The notes under the pieces: model-generated
What the model was told of the DNA's origin: nothing
What the model saw: only the letters and a program-made list of their open reading frames with translations
Database searches by the model: none
Assembly (NCBI GenBank): GCA_026393775.1
Contig: JAPKZM010000269.1
Coordinates: 1 to 36,922, forward strand
Reading direction: 5' to 3'
DNA length: 36,922 nucleotides
Origin: Candidatus Aminicenantes bacterium
Lineage (GTDB): Bacteria; Acidobacteriota; Aminicenantia; UBA2199
Shown here: piece after piece, positions 1 to 8,258 of the stretch
Layout: the number at the start of each line of letters is the position of its first letter
How positions within the stretch are numbered: the stretch's first letter is position 1
Made by a program: the position numbers and the translations under genes

Positions 1-1016
1 CTCAAGGCGGCGGCGCCGGTATGGGGGCGCGGGGAGTAGATGAAGGAAAAAACCGATTCGTACTGCACGCGCTCAAGCAGCGACAAGGTCAGTCTGAAAT
101 CGCGTTCAGTTTCGCCCGGAAAGCCGACGATGAAGTCTGAACTGAATTTCATTTCCGGCATGGCGGAGCGGAAAGCGTGGATGATGCGGAGATAGTGATT
201 CCGGGAATAGGTGCGTTGCATTCTTTTTAGGATCCGCGTCGAGCCCGACTGAGCCGGAAAATGTATATGGCGGGCGATGTTGCGGTTTTCCGCCATGACC
301 CTGATCAGCTCCCGGTCATGATAGCCGGGATACGACGTGATGAAGCGGATCCAGTTTATCCCGACCCGGCTGGCCAGGATCTCCAGCAGGTCGGCGAATG
401 TCCGGCCGCTGGCTGGCTCGCGCCAATGGTTGACGTTCTGCCCGAGCAAAACGATTTCCTTGAAACCCTCCCGGTCCAGGGATTCGGCTTCACGAAGTAT
501 GGCGGCCATGGGGCGGTATTTCTCCCGTCCGCGGGTGAACGGCACGACGCAGTAAGAACAGAAATTGTCGCAGCCTTCCATGATCGACACGTAAGCGGTG
601 ACGCTGCTGCTGCGGGCGGACGGCGCGGGGACCAGTTCCTGCCAGCGGCGGCTGAAGGCAACGGCGGTTTGGGCGCGGGCACCGGCCTGGAGTTCGTCGA
701 TGATTTCAGCGATGCGGTGATACTGGTGCGTCCCGACCACGTAGTCCGCCCTGACTTTTTTTTTGAAAATATTGTCTTTTTCCAACTGGGCCACGCAGCC
801 GGCGACGATGATTTTCTTGGCGGCCTGGAACTGGCCGATATAGGAAAAAATCTTTTCCTGCGGTTTTTCGCGCACGGCGCAGCTGTTGACGATAATGACG
901 TCGGCCGCCGTCTCGCATTCGCTGGGCTCGAGTCCCTTGCACTCCAGCAAGTGATGGATTTTTTCCGAATCGTTGACATTCATCTGGCAGCCGAATGTCT
1001 TGATGAAAAAGGTCAT
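1..1016 (-). CDS. miaB: tRNA (N6-isopentenyl-adenosine-37) methylthiotransferase MiaB, radical SAM; C-terminus cut by the window edge
   Basis: Absent from the ORF track because the frame stays open to position 1. My translation from the ATG at 1016 reads MTFFIKTFGCQMNVNDSEKI..NSCAVREKPQEK..SIMEGCDNFCSYCVVPFTRGRE..FPAQSGSTRILKRMQRTY..DFIVGFPGETERDF. That gives the N-terminal MTTase Cys cluster plus the CxxxCxxC radical-SAM motif. The start overlaps the recN stop as ATGA. Confidence 0.9.
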   Translation of the reverse strand, partial: MTFFIKTFGCQMNVNDSEKIHHLLECKGLEPSECETAADVIIVNSCAVREKPQEKIFSYIGQFQAAKKIIVAGCVAQLEKDNIFKKKVRADYVVGTHQYHRIAEIIDELQAGARAQTAVAFSRRWQELVPAPSARSSSVTAYVSIMEGCDNFCSYCVVPFTRGREKYRPMAAILREAESLDREGFKEIVLLGQNVNHWREPASGRTFADLLEILASRVGINWIRFITSYPGYHDRELIRVMAENRNIARHIHFPAQSGSTRILKRMQRTYSRNHYLRIIHAFRSAMPEMKFSSDFIVGFPGETERDFRLTLSLLERVQYESVFSFIYSPRPHTGAAAL

Positions 1017-2635
1017 GAACGGGATTTGCCAAGGAGAAGTTCGGCGGCTTTCAGCACGTCGGCATTGATGGCGCTCCCGGCCATCAGCCGGGCGATTTCC
1101 CTGACCCGGTCGCCGTCTTCCAGGGGCATGGCCGTACTGAAGGTCTGGTTGTTTTTGAATTCCTTGCTGATCAGGAAATGGCGGTCGGCAAAGCGGGCGA
1201 TCTGGGGCAAATGGGAGATGCTGATCACCTGGTTCTGCTCGGAGATTCTGCGCAGTTTTTTGCCGACGAATTCGGCGGTTTTGCCGCCGATGCCGGAATC
1301 GATTTCGTCAAAAATGAAGGTGGTCCCCGACTCGTCGCTGCTGATCGATTTCAGCACCAGCATCAGGCGCGACAGTTCGCCGCCCGAGGCCACGTCCTTA
1401 AGCCGACCCGGGGCCTGGCCGGGGTTGGAGCTGAAGTAAAATTCGATTTTGTCGGGCCCGGTTTCGCTGATGTTTTCCGCGCTGGGCTCGTTTTCGTCGA
1501 TGCGTACCTCGAAGCAGGCTTTCGCCATTTCCAGGAAAGCCAGTTCCTTGACGATCATGGCGCTCAGTTTCTCGGCATTTTTCTTCCGGCTTTGCCGCAG
1601 CCGCTCCAGCAGGGCTTTGTACTCCGCCAGTTCGCGGACCATCTCCTTCTCGACATCGCCCAGGGAAAAATTAAGGTTGAGCAATTCGTCCCTTTCCTGG
1701 CGCATGTGCTCGTATTTTTCCAGCAAGGACTCCAGGTTGAGCTTGTGCTTGGCCTTGAGTTTTTCCAGCCGGGACAATTTCTCGGAAATTTCATTCAGTT
1801 CGGCTTCGTTGTAGTCGACTTTTCCGGCCATGGTGCTTAAAAATCCCGATATTTCGGGCAGTAAGTTGAAGAAGCGATCGATTTCGTTTTTTAAATGGTC
1901 GAATTCCGGGAACAACGATTGCAAATAGGCGGCGGCAGGGAGGTCGCGGGCCAGCAGGTTGTAAACCGATTCGTCTTTCTGGTAAAAATCCTGGACAAGA
2001 GTGTCCGATTTTTCCAGGATCGATTCGGCCGCGGCGAGAATTTTCAGGCGCTCCTGCCAAAGCGACTCGTCACCTTTTTGCAGGTTGAGGTTTTCGATTT
2101 CCTGCAGTTGAAAATTCAGGTAATCGATCTTTTCCCGGGCCTGCAAGTTTTTCGTCAGCAATTCGTTGCGCTTGGCCTGCAAGCCGCGGATCGTCCTGCA
2201 TTTTTCGGCCAGGGCTTTCAACGAATCGCCGGCTTCAGCGAACTGGTCGAGAAAGACCTGGTGGTTTGCGGTGTTGAGGAGAAAAACGTGGTCTTTCTGG
2301 CCGTAGATGTTCAACAGGGATTCGGCTTTTTCCTTGACTTGGGGAAAGGGGGCGAGTTCGCCGTTGATATAAGTCAGGGACTTGTTTTTGGCGATCTCCC
2401 TCTTCAACACGAACTCATTGTCCCCCTGGACGAACAGGGCTTCGACGGTCAGCTTGTCCTTGCCGCTGCGCACGATGTTGGCCGGGGTTTTCTTGTTGAT
2501 CAGCAGCATGATCGCGTCGATGAGAATCGATTTCCCGGCGCCGGTTTCTCCGGTCAGGATGTTCAGGTTCGGAGAAAAATCGAGCGCGACTTTCTCCACT
2601 ACCGCCAGGTTCTCGACTTTAAGGTAGGAAAGCAT
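1013..2635 (-). CDS. recN: DNA repair protein RecN (SMC-like ATPase)
   Basis: 540-aa ORF. Walker A is GETGAGKS near the N-terminus, followed by a long coiled-coil middle. The ABC signature ASGGELSR and Walker B FIFDEIDSGIGG sit near the C-terminus. Confidence 0.95.
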   Translation of the reverse strand: MLSYLKVENLAVVEKVALDFSPNLNILTGETGAGKSILIDAIMLLINKKTPANIVRSGKDKLTVEALFVQGDNEFVLKREIAKNKSLTYINGELAPFPQVKEKAESLLNIYGQKDHVFLLNTANHQVFLDQFAEAGDSLKALAEKCRTIRGLQAKRNELLTKNLQAREKIDYLNFQLQEIENLNLQKGDESLWQERLKILAAAESILEKSDTLVQDFYQKDESVYNLLARDLPAAAYLQSLFPEFDHLKNEIDRFFNLLPEISGFLSTMAGKVDYNEAELNEISEKLSRLEKLKAKHKLNLESLLEKYEHMRQERDELLNLNFSLGDVEKEMVRELAEYKALLERLRQSRKKNAEKLSAMIVKELAFLEMAKACFEVRIDENEPSAENISETGPDKIEFYFSSNPGQAPGRLKDVASGGELSRLMLVLKSISSDESGTTFIFDEIDSGIGGKTAEFVGKKLRRISEQNQVISISHLPQIARFADRHFLISKEFKNNQTFSTAMPLEDGDRVREIARLMAGSAINADVLKAAELLLGKSRS

Positions 2636-3951
2636 CAGTCCAGGTTGTACGGGGATAGGAGTGTCTGCAGGTTGATGCGTCCGTAACCCATGTCCGTGTC
2701 GATCCCGGGTTTTTCGCTGGCGTTGACGTCATCGGCTGTGTATTTGATGATGGCCATGATCTGCTGGTTGGTCAGCAGCGGCTTGTAGGCGATGAGCAGC
2801 GCGATGGCCCCGGATACGTGGGCGGCGGCCAGCGATGTTCCGTTGCCCCAGTCGTAGAAGCGCAATTCGGTCGGCCGCGCCGGGTCGAAAGCGGCGCCGT
2901 AAATCCAAACGCCGGGCGCCACCACGTCGATCTGCGGCCCGCGGTTGGAGAAGTCGGCCAGCTTGTCGCTGGCATCACTGGCGCCGACGGCCGTGCACAG
3001 CAGATCGTAGGCGGCAGGGAACTGTACTGCGTCGCTGCCGTCGTCGCCGGCGGCGGCGACCAGGGAACAGCCCTTGTCGAAGGCGTACTGGCAGGCGTCC
3101 TTTAAAATAAAACTGTCGTTGTCGCCGCCCAGGCTCAGGTTCAGCACCTTGGCGCCGTGGTCGGCGGCGTACTTGATGCCGGCGGCGATGGTCAGGTAGT
3201 TGCCGTTGCCCTGGTCGTCCAGGACCTTGACCGGCAGCAGCGAGGCGTTCCAGCCCACCCCGGCGATGCCGATGCCGTTGTTCGTTTCGGCCGCCGCCAG
3301 CGAGGCCACCAGAGTGCCGTGGCCGTTATCGTCCTGGGCGTCGGTGTCGTCGTTGACGAAATCGTAACCGGGGACGATCTTGTTCTTCAAATCCTCATGA
3401 CCCACGGCGATGCCGGTGTCGATGATGGCGATGATGATGCCGCTGCTGCCGGTGCTCCAGGTCCAGCCCTCGGTGGCCTTGATGTCGGCGGCCATGGTGC
3501 CGCGGAGATTCTTTTCCGGGTAAAACACCTGACCGTTGTTGAGCAGGGCGTACTGGTAGGAAAAAAATTGTTCGTTGGGAATCTGGGCATTCATCGATGC
3601 CAGGTAATTGAACGAAACGTCCTGCACCCATTTTTCCGCGGCCAGGCTCTTTTTGAGTTCGGCCAAGTCGGTCCCGGGGGTGGCGTCGAGCAATAGGTAG
3701 CCGGAGTATTTTTCGCGGCGCAGGCTCTGGATTTGCCCTCGATAGCGGCTATAGAGAAACTCATTGGCGGAAGCCGCCGTCCTGCCGTCGCTGGCCAGCT
3801 TGACGACCAACTGCCCGGGCACGAAACAAGCCGGCACCCCGTACGGGGCGATTTCTTTGTTTGGCGAATCCTGGGAATTTCCCGGCCGTTCAGCGGCCCA
3901 AAAAAAGAATATCCCGGCCAAACCCAGCAGGAGAAGGTTTTTTGTTTTCAT
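2635..3951 (-). CDS. Secreted subtilisin-like serine peptidase (MEROPS S8)
   Basis: Has an N-terminal signal peptide (MKTKNLLLLGLAGIFFFWAA). The catalytic triad motifs are IIDTGIAVGHEDL (Asp), DDNGHGTLVAS (His) and GNGTSLAAAHVSGA (Ser). Its stop overlaps the recN start by 1 nt. Confidence 0.9.
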   Translation of the reverse strand: MKTKNLLLLGLAGIFFFWAAERPGNSQDSPNKEIAPYGVPACFVPGQLVVKLASDGRTAASANEFLYSRYRGQIQSLRREKYSGYLLLDATPGTDLAELKKSLAAEKWVQDVSFNYLASMNAQIPNEQFFSYQYALLNNGQVFYPEKNLRGTMAADIKATEGWTWSTGSSGIIIAIIDTGIAVGHEDLKNKIVPGYDFVNDDTDAQDDNGHGTLVASLAAAETNNGIGIAGVGWNASLLPVKVLDDQGNGNYLTIAAGIKYAADHGAKVLNLSLGGDNDSFILKDACQYAFDKGCSLVAAAGDDGSDAVQFPAAYDLLCTAVGASDASDKLADFSNRGPQIDVVAPGVWIYGAAFDPARPTELRFYDWGNGTSLAAAHVSGAIALLIAYKPLLTNQQIMAIIKYTADDVNASEKPGIDTDMGYGRINLQTLLSPYNLD

Positions 3952-3960
3952 GGCGAACCC

Positions 3961-4713
3961 CTAAAAGACGTAAACGACAGCCAGAGACAACTCAGTCCGG
4001 GCCAGCAGGCTGGCCTTGAAGGTCAATTCCCAGTTGTCGCCGATTTCTAGCACCGCGCCGGCCAGCGGCCCGATCAGGTTTTTTTGCTTGTAGCTCATTT
4101 CCTGCTGGCCCTGCAGGTCGACGACGGTTTCGGCGGCGATGAATTTTCCGTGCAGCAGATTCAAGCGCGGGCCAAGGAAAAAGGTCAGGCCCGACAATCC
4201 CTGGTAGTGAAGGGTCACATCCAGGGTGATCAGGGTGAAGGCGTTCTCCCCCGTGGCCTGTCCGCTGACCAGGGGAAGCGTCACCTCCCAGGCCTTGTCC
4301 TTTTCCAGGACGAAGACGAATTCCCCCCTGGCTTTCATGAAAAAATCACCGAAAGCGAACGGTTCGGCGGCTAGGGCAATGCCCAGCAGCAAACCCTGGA
4401 ATTTTTGCCGGTCCCAGTTGAGGGAAAGTGGCAGGGCGTTGAAATAAACCGGGTCCTTGGCGAAAGCGAAATGGTAGCCGGCCAGAACTTCCAGCGTGAT
4501 GAAGTCGGAGATGTCCACCTGCAGCGTCAGCCTCGGAGACAGCAAATTGAAACTATTGGCTGTTTTTTGTTCACCGCAAAGAATAGCGATCGAATGATAG
4601 GAAAATTCCAGGCCGGGTGTGAAGGTTAATTCGATCGGCTGCGACGTTGATTCGGCGGCCGGAATGGAGATGAAAGTGGATAGTAAAACTAGTGGCAAGA
4701 ACCAATTTTTCAT
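3961..4713 (-). CDS. Hypothetical outer-membrane beta-barrel protein
   Basis: Has a signal peptide (MKNWFLPLVLLSTFISIPAAE) and alternating hydrophobic beta-strand patterns throughout. The C-terminal ...LAVVYVF ends in an aromatic residue, as OMPs typically do. An AGGAGA SD lies upstream. Confidence 0.6.
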   Translation of the reverse strand: MKNWFLPLVLLSTFISIPAAESTSQPIELTFTPGLEFSYHSIAILCGEQKTANSFNLLSPRLTLQVDISDFITLEVLAGYHFAFAKDPVYFNALPLSLNWDRQKFQGLLLGIALAAEPFAFGDFFMKARGEFVFVLEKDKAWEVTLPLVSGQATGENAFTLITLDVTLHYQGLSGLTFFLGPRLNLLHGKFIAAETVVDLQGQQEMSYKQKNLIGPLAGAVLEIGDNWELTFKASLLARTELSLAVVYVF

Positions 4714-4742
4714 GGTTTCTCCTGACCCAGCCGAGCTGGATA

Positions 4743-4813
4743 AGAGCCTTAAATAGCAAATTCAAAATTTGTTCTAAAAAACTAACAAATAGTAGAATTT
4801 GCTATAAGGCTCT
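4743..4813. repeat. About 71-nt nested imperfect inverted repeat (26 potential bp) in a divergent intergenic region
   Basis: The outer arms 4743-4763 (agagccttaaatagcaaattc) and 4795-4813 (gaatttgctataaggctct) pair over 19 bp with a 2-nt bulge. The inner arms 4767-4773 (atttgtt) and 4784-4790 (aacaaat) pair over 7 bp around a 10-nt loop. Confidence 0.7.
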
Positions 4814-4868
4814 AAAAAAATATACGTGAATTAACCCCAAATGTCAAATGGTTTTCGTTCGAGGAAAA

Positions 4869-4877
4869 TGTTATACT
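4869..4877 (+). promoter_or_regulatory. Candidate extended -10 element (TGtTATACT) ending 7 nt before the ATG at 4885, implying a leaderless transcript
   Basis: TG at 4869-4870 and TATACT at 4872-4877. No Shine-Dalgarno sequence lies between it and the start codon. Confidence 0.35.
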
Positions 4878-4884
4878 TTCATCG

Positions 4885-6723
4885 ATGAACAAAAAAATTC
4901 TCCATAATCTGCTGTTGCTGGCAGCCGTTGTTTTTGCCGTCAACCTGATCTTTTTCAGCTACGGCCAATGGTTGGTTTTCCCTTTGCTCGGAGCCGTTGG
5001 CCTGCTGGCGGCGGTGGTTGGCCTGGGTTTTTTCATCGCCTGGAAATTCAGAATTGCCGCTGTCGGGATGTTGGAAGCCGCGGCACTGGGATTGATGGCC
5101 AGCACGGCCTATTTCTACTTGGCTGCTTTTTTTAAAATCCTGAACAGGGTGACCGTATTGACTTTCTTCGCCGGGGCGGCCATCCTTCTGCTTTTCCTGA
5201 TGCTCAACAAGAACCGGCACCGGGAAAGCCTGGCCGGGCTGAAACAGTTCTTCGCCAGGCCGCAGTTTGAATTCGCTATTTTTGTTTTTCCCATGTTCTA
5301 CGCCGCGTTGCCGCCCTCTTTTTACGACTCGCTGGTCTATCACCTGGGAATTCCCAATTTATACTTGCAAAGCGGCGGTTTCGTCGCCACGCCGCAGTTC
5401 ATGTTCGCCAACACGTTCATCTATTACGAGATTGCCATGATTCCCGGCGTGTTCCTCGGAGATCTCGTGCCGCGCCTCTTCCATTTTTTGCTGGGCGCGC
5501 TTTTTGTTTTGGCCGTCGCCGATGAGGCCGTTGAAAATTGGGGCGTCAAGAAGCGCTGGCTCCTGCTTTTGGCGATCGTTTCGCTGCCCATGACCCTGTT
5601 CCTGCTGGTTACCTGCAAGAATGACCTGTGCAGCGCCATTTTCATTTTTTTGGCCATCAAGCAGCACCAGCGGCAAAATTTCAAGTTATCGGCCGTTTTC
5701 TGGGGTTTCGCCGTGGGGGTCAAGTATTTCAACCTGCTGCCGCTGGCGCTTTTCCTGCTCTTGACCATCAAGCCATGGAAGAAAGGCGACCTGAAAAAAT
5801 TGGCGCTCACGGCCCTGATCGTTTTTCTGGTCGTCTCTCCCCTGCTGGTAAAAAATTACCGCTTTATTGGCAATCCTTTTTTTCCATTTTTCCAGAAAAC
5901 ATTCCCGGCCGCTTTCTGGGACGGGGAGCGACAAACTCGGTTGCAGGCCGAGGTGGGACAAATCGTTCATTCGCCTGGCGATTTTTTCAAATTGCCCTAT
6001 AGCTTGTCTTTTTATTCCTATGGCTACGGAGGATTGGTCGGGCCGATTTTTTTAATTTTCCTGCCTTTCCTGCTCCTGCACCCTTTGGTTCAAAAAAAAT
6101 GGCTGTTGTGGTCTTTGTTGCTGCTGGCCATTGCCCCTTTCTTTACGGCCAGTATTCGTTTCATCTACGTGGTTTTCGTCCTGCTGGCGATTTTTTCCCT
6201 GCAGGCATACGAAGCAATAGGCGGCGCGATCGCCAAACTGATTTTTTATCTGCTCATCGTGATTAATTTTGTCATGGGCTTTGCGCTGCTGGAAAAATTT
6301 TATCTGGCGCACACCATGCTGAGCGGAAAATTTTCCAGCCAGCAGTACCGGGAATATTTTTTCCCGGCTTTCCCGGTGTTTGCTTACATCAACGCGAACG
6401 CTCCGCCCGGGGCAAGGATCTTGATTGCCGGGGAAGCGCGCAATTATTATCTGAAAAGGCCGTACCAGGTTTCTTCGGCCATAGATTATTGCATTTTAAG
6501 AAAATACCTGGAACCCAGCTCGAGCGTTGGCGAATTTGTAACGGCCATGCACAAGGAGGGATTCTCCTATCTGGTGGTGAACGCCGGTGAATTGCGACGC
6601 TTGCAGAAAAATTACGCGATTTTGAGCGCGGGGGAACAGGAGAAGCTGTTTTATTTCCTCAATTCCTTGACGCCGATTTTCCGCCAAGGATCTGTCTGCC
6701 TTTATAAAATCGGCGATCGTTAG
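4885..6723 (+). CDS. Polytopic membrane protein, probable GT-C-fold glycosyltransferase (PMT/ArnT-like) with a C-terminal soluble domain
   Basis: 612 aa with at least 10 predicted hydrophobic helices. An acidic or aromatic first-loop segment (PPSFYDSLVYHLGIP) follows the early helices. The hydrophilic C-terminal domain is about 150 aa. The family assignment rests on architecture, not on a recognised signature. Confidence 0.5.
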   Translation: MNKKILHNLLLLAAVVFAVNLIFFSYGQWLVFPLLGAVGLLAAVVGLGFFIAWKFRIAAVGMLEAAALGLMASTAYFYLAAFFKILNRVTVLTFFAGAAILLLFLMLNKNRHRESLAGLKQFFARPQFEFAIFVFPMFYAALPPSFYDSLVYHLGIPNLYLQSGGFVATPQFMFANTFIYYEIAMIPGVFLGDLVPRLFHFLLGALFVLAVADEAVENWGVKKRWLLLLAIVSLPMTLFLLVTCKNDLCSAIFIFLAIKQHQRQNFKLSAVFWGFAVGVKYFNLLPLALFLLLTIKPWKKGDLKKLALTALIVFLVVSPLLVKNYRFIGNPFFPFFQKTFPAAFWDGERQTRLQAEVGQIVHSPGDFFKLPYSLSFYSYGYGGLVGPIFLIFLPFLLLHPLVQKKWLLWSLLLLAIAPFFTASIRFIYVVFVLLAIFSLQAYEAIGGAIAKLIFYLLIVINFVMGFALLEKFYLAHTMLSGKFSSQQYREYFFPAFPVFAYINANAPPGARILIAGEARNYYLKRPYQVSSAIDYCILRKYLEPSSSVGEFVTAMHKEGFSYLVVNAGELRRLQKNYAILSAGEQEKLFYFLNSLTPIFRQGSVCLYKIGDR

Positions 6724-8258
6724 GGAGAGGTGAATTCCAGGCGGTACAAACGGAAGCCGCCGGGAAGCCTGGATACAAGGGCCGAACGCATGCTGGCGCG
6801 GAACCGGGAATATTCACCCTCCGGGATGTGATGGAAAGCTAGAAGATTTTTCAACGCATCATTCATCTCGACGATTTCGCCGAGCGCATAAATCGGCTGC
6901 CCCATGGCGGCGTTTTTTTTGAGCCGGGCTTGGATCTCGGCAAGGGAGTGTCCCTTACCCAGCAGCCAATCGAGGATGAGCACTTCGCGCCAGGCAAAAT
7001 AGGGAAGATAGATTTTTCCGAATGCGTAACCCGGGGGATTCCCGGTGATCAGGATTTGCCCCCGTTCCGGAACTTGCTTTTGAATACCTATAGCGACCTG
7101 GTAGTTGATGTTATTGTTGATGTCGTTCAAGGGCATGATGCCGTAAGAAAAATTGATCCATAGAAGAGCGCCGGCCAGAAAAGCGCCGATAATGTTGGCG
7201 ATAAACGGCTTCAGGTCGCCCAGGGCGGTGATGGCGATCAGCAGCAGGGGGACCATGATATGAATTTTGTATTCGATGTTTCCCGTATCCCAGAATGAAA
7301 AAAAAAGGAAATAGGGCGCGAACCAGAAGAACATGGCCCATTTGAATGTTCTCCCAACCGGCTGGGCCGCCGGCTTGCATGCCACGGCCAGCAAGGCCAG
7401 AAAACCGGCCGATATCAACCATGTCCAAATCCCGGCTTGGGTGAGCAATGCGTGCTGCAGACCGCTCAGTGAAGAAATGAATGTCGTCAATCCCGGTGGG
7501 TGAAAGGACGTGAGGCGATAACCGGAATAGATATCGGGACCGAAAAAAATATTGTAGAGGATGCGGAAAATGGGCTTGTGGGAAAGGGCGGCATACGTAC
7601 CGTAAAAGATCAGTCCGAACGATAAATAGGCTAGGAGAAATTGCAGGTAACGGCGCCAGGATGAATGCTTTTGCAGTAGATAGAAAAATACGGTCCCGAC
7701 GATCAGTCCATTGGTCAAATGGAATCCGGCCGCCAGGACGAAGCACAATGCGGAAAGAGCCAGAGTAGAAGCCCTGGTTTCCCGGAAAACAAGCAGGTAC
7801 AAGCCGGCCAGCGTGAAAAAAACTCCCGGCATATGGACTTCGGCATCGACCGCGTATAACCAGAAAGAGTATGAGAAAGCGACAACCGCCACGCCGAACA
7901 GGCGCAGAGCCGGAGTCAAGCCGATTTTTTTCAGCATCCGCCCCACCAGCCCAAGGTTCAGGATGGCGAACAGCATCGAAAAAAGTTGCAGGTGAAAGAA
8001 TTCAAGGACCCGGTAATGAAAAAGGGCTTCCAGGACGCGGTAGATCAGGTAGTTAGCCGGGAAATAAAGCAGATGATGGATCTGGGTCACGCCCAGCCAG
8101 TCATGCTTGATCAATGCATAACGCAGGAAGTGGCTGAACACGGTGCCGTCAAAACTATAGTTGACCGGCAAAAAGCTGAAATAGAGCAGGGCGCTGGTGA
8201 TCAGGAACAAGGAAATTGGCCAGCCGGAAAAATAGGACGAGCAGGCGAATTTTTTCAT
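6720..8258 (-). CDS. Polytopic membrane protein, probable GT-C-fold glycosyltransferase (DUF2723/PMT-like)
   Basis: 512 aa and multi-pass. The first-loop segment is NYSFDGTVFSHFL...HHLLYFPANYLIY, and a soluble domain forms the C-terminus. It is the last gene of the long minus-strand array, with an ATGA overlap to the upstream gene. Confidence 0.45.
   Translation of the reverse strand: MKKFACSSYFSGWPISLFLITSALLYFSFLPVNYSFDGTVFSHFLRYALIKHDWLGVTQIHHLLYFPANYLIYRVLEALFHYRVLEFFHLQLFSMLFAILNLGLVGRMLKKIGLTPALRLFGVAVVAFSYSFWLYAVDAEVHMPGVFFTLAGLYLLVFRETRASTLALSALCFVLAAGFHLTNGLIVGTVFFYLLQKHSSWRRYLQFLLAYLSFGLIFYGTYAALSHKPIFRILYNIFFGPDIYSGYRLTSFHPPGLTTFISSLSGLQHALLTQAGIWTWLISAGFLALLAVACKPAAQPVGRTFKWAMFFWFAPYFLFFSFWDTGNIEYKIHIMVPLLLIAITALGDLKPFIANIIGAFLAGALLWINFSYGIMPLNDINNNINYQVAIGIQKQVPERGQILITGNPPGYAFGKIYLPYFAWREVLILDWLLGKGHSLAEIQARLKKNAAMGQPIYALGEIVEMNDALKNLLAFHHIPEGEYSRFRASMRSALVSRLPGGFRLYRLEFTSP

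Noticed and set aside
261-1439. 392-aa plus-strand ORF spanning the miaB/recN region, with several smaller ORFs at 337..555, 356..979 and 706..1032.
   Set aside because: It runs antisense to, or out of frame with, clearly recognisable miaB and recN. The translation is low-complexity (Ala/Gly/Arg/Asp-rich) with no motifs. This is the usual shadow ORF of GC-rich coding DNA.
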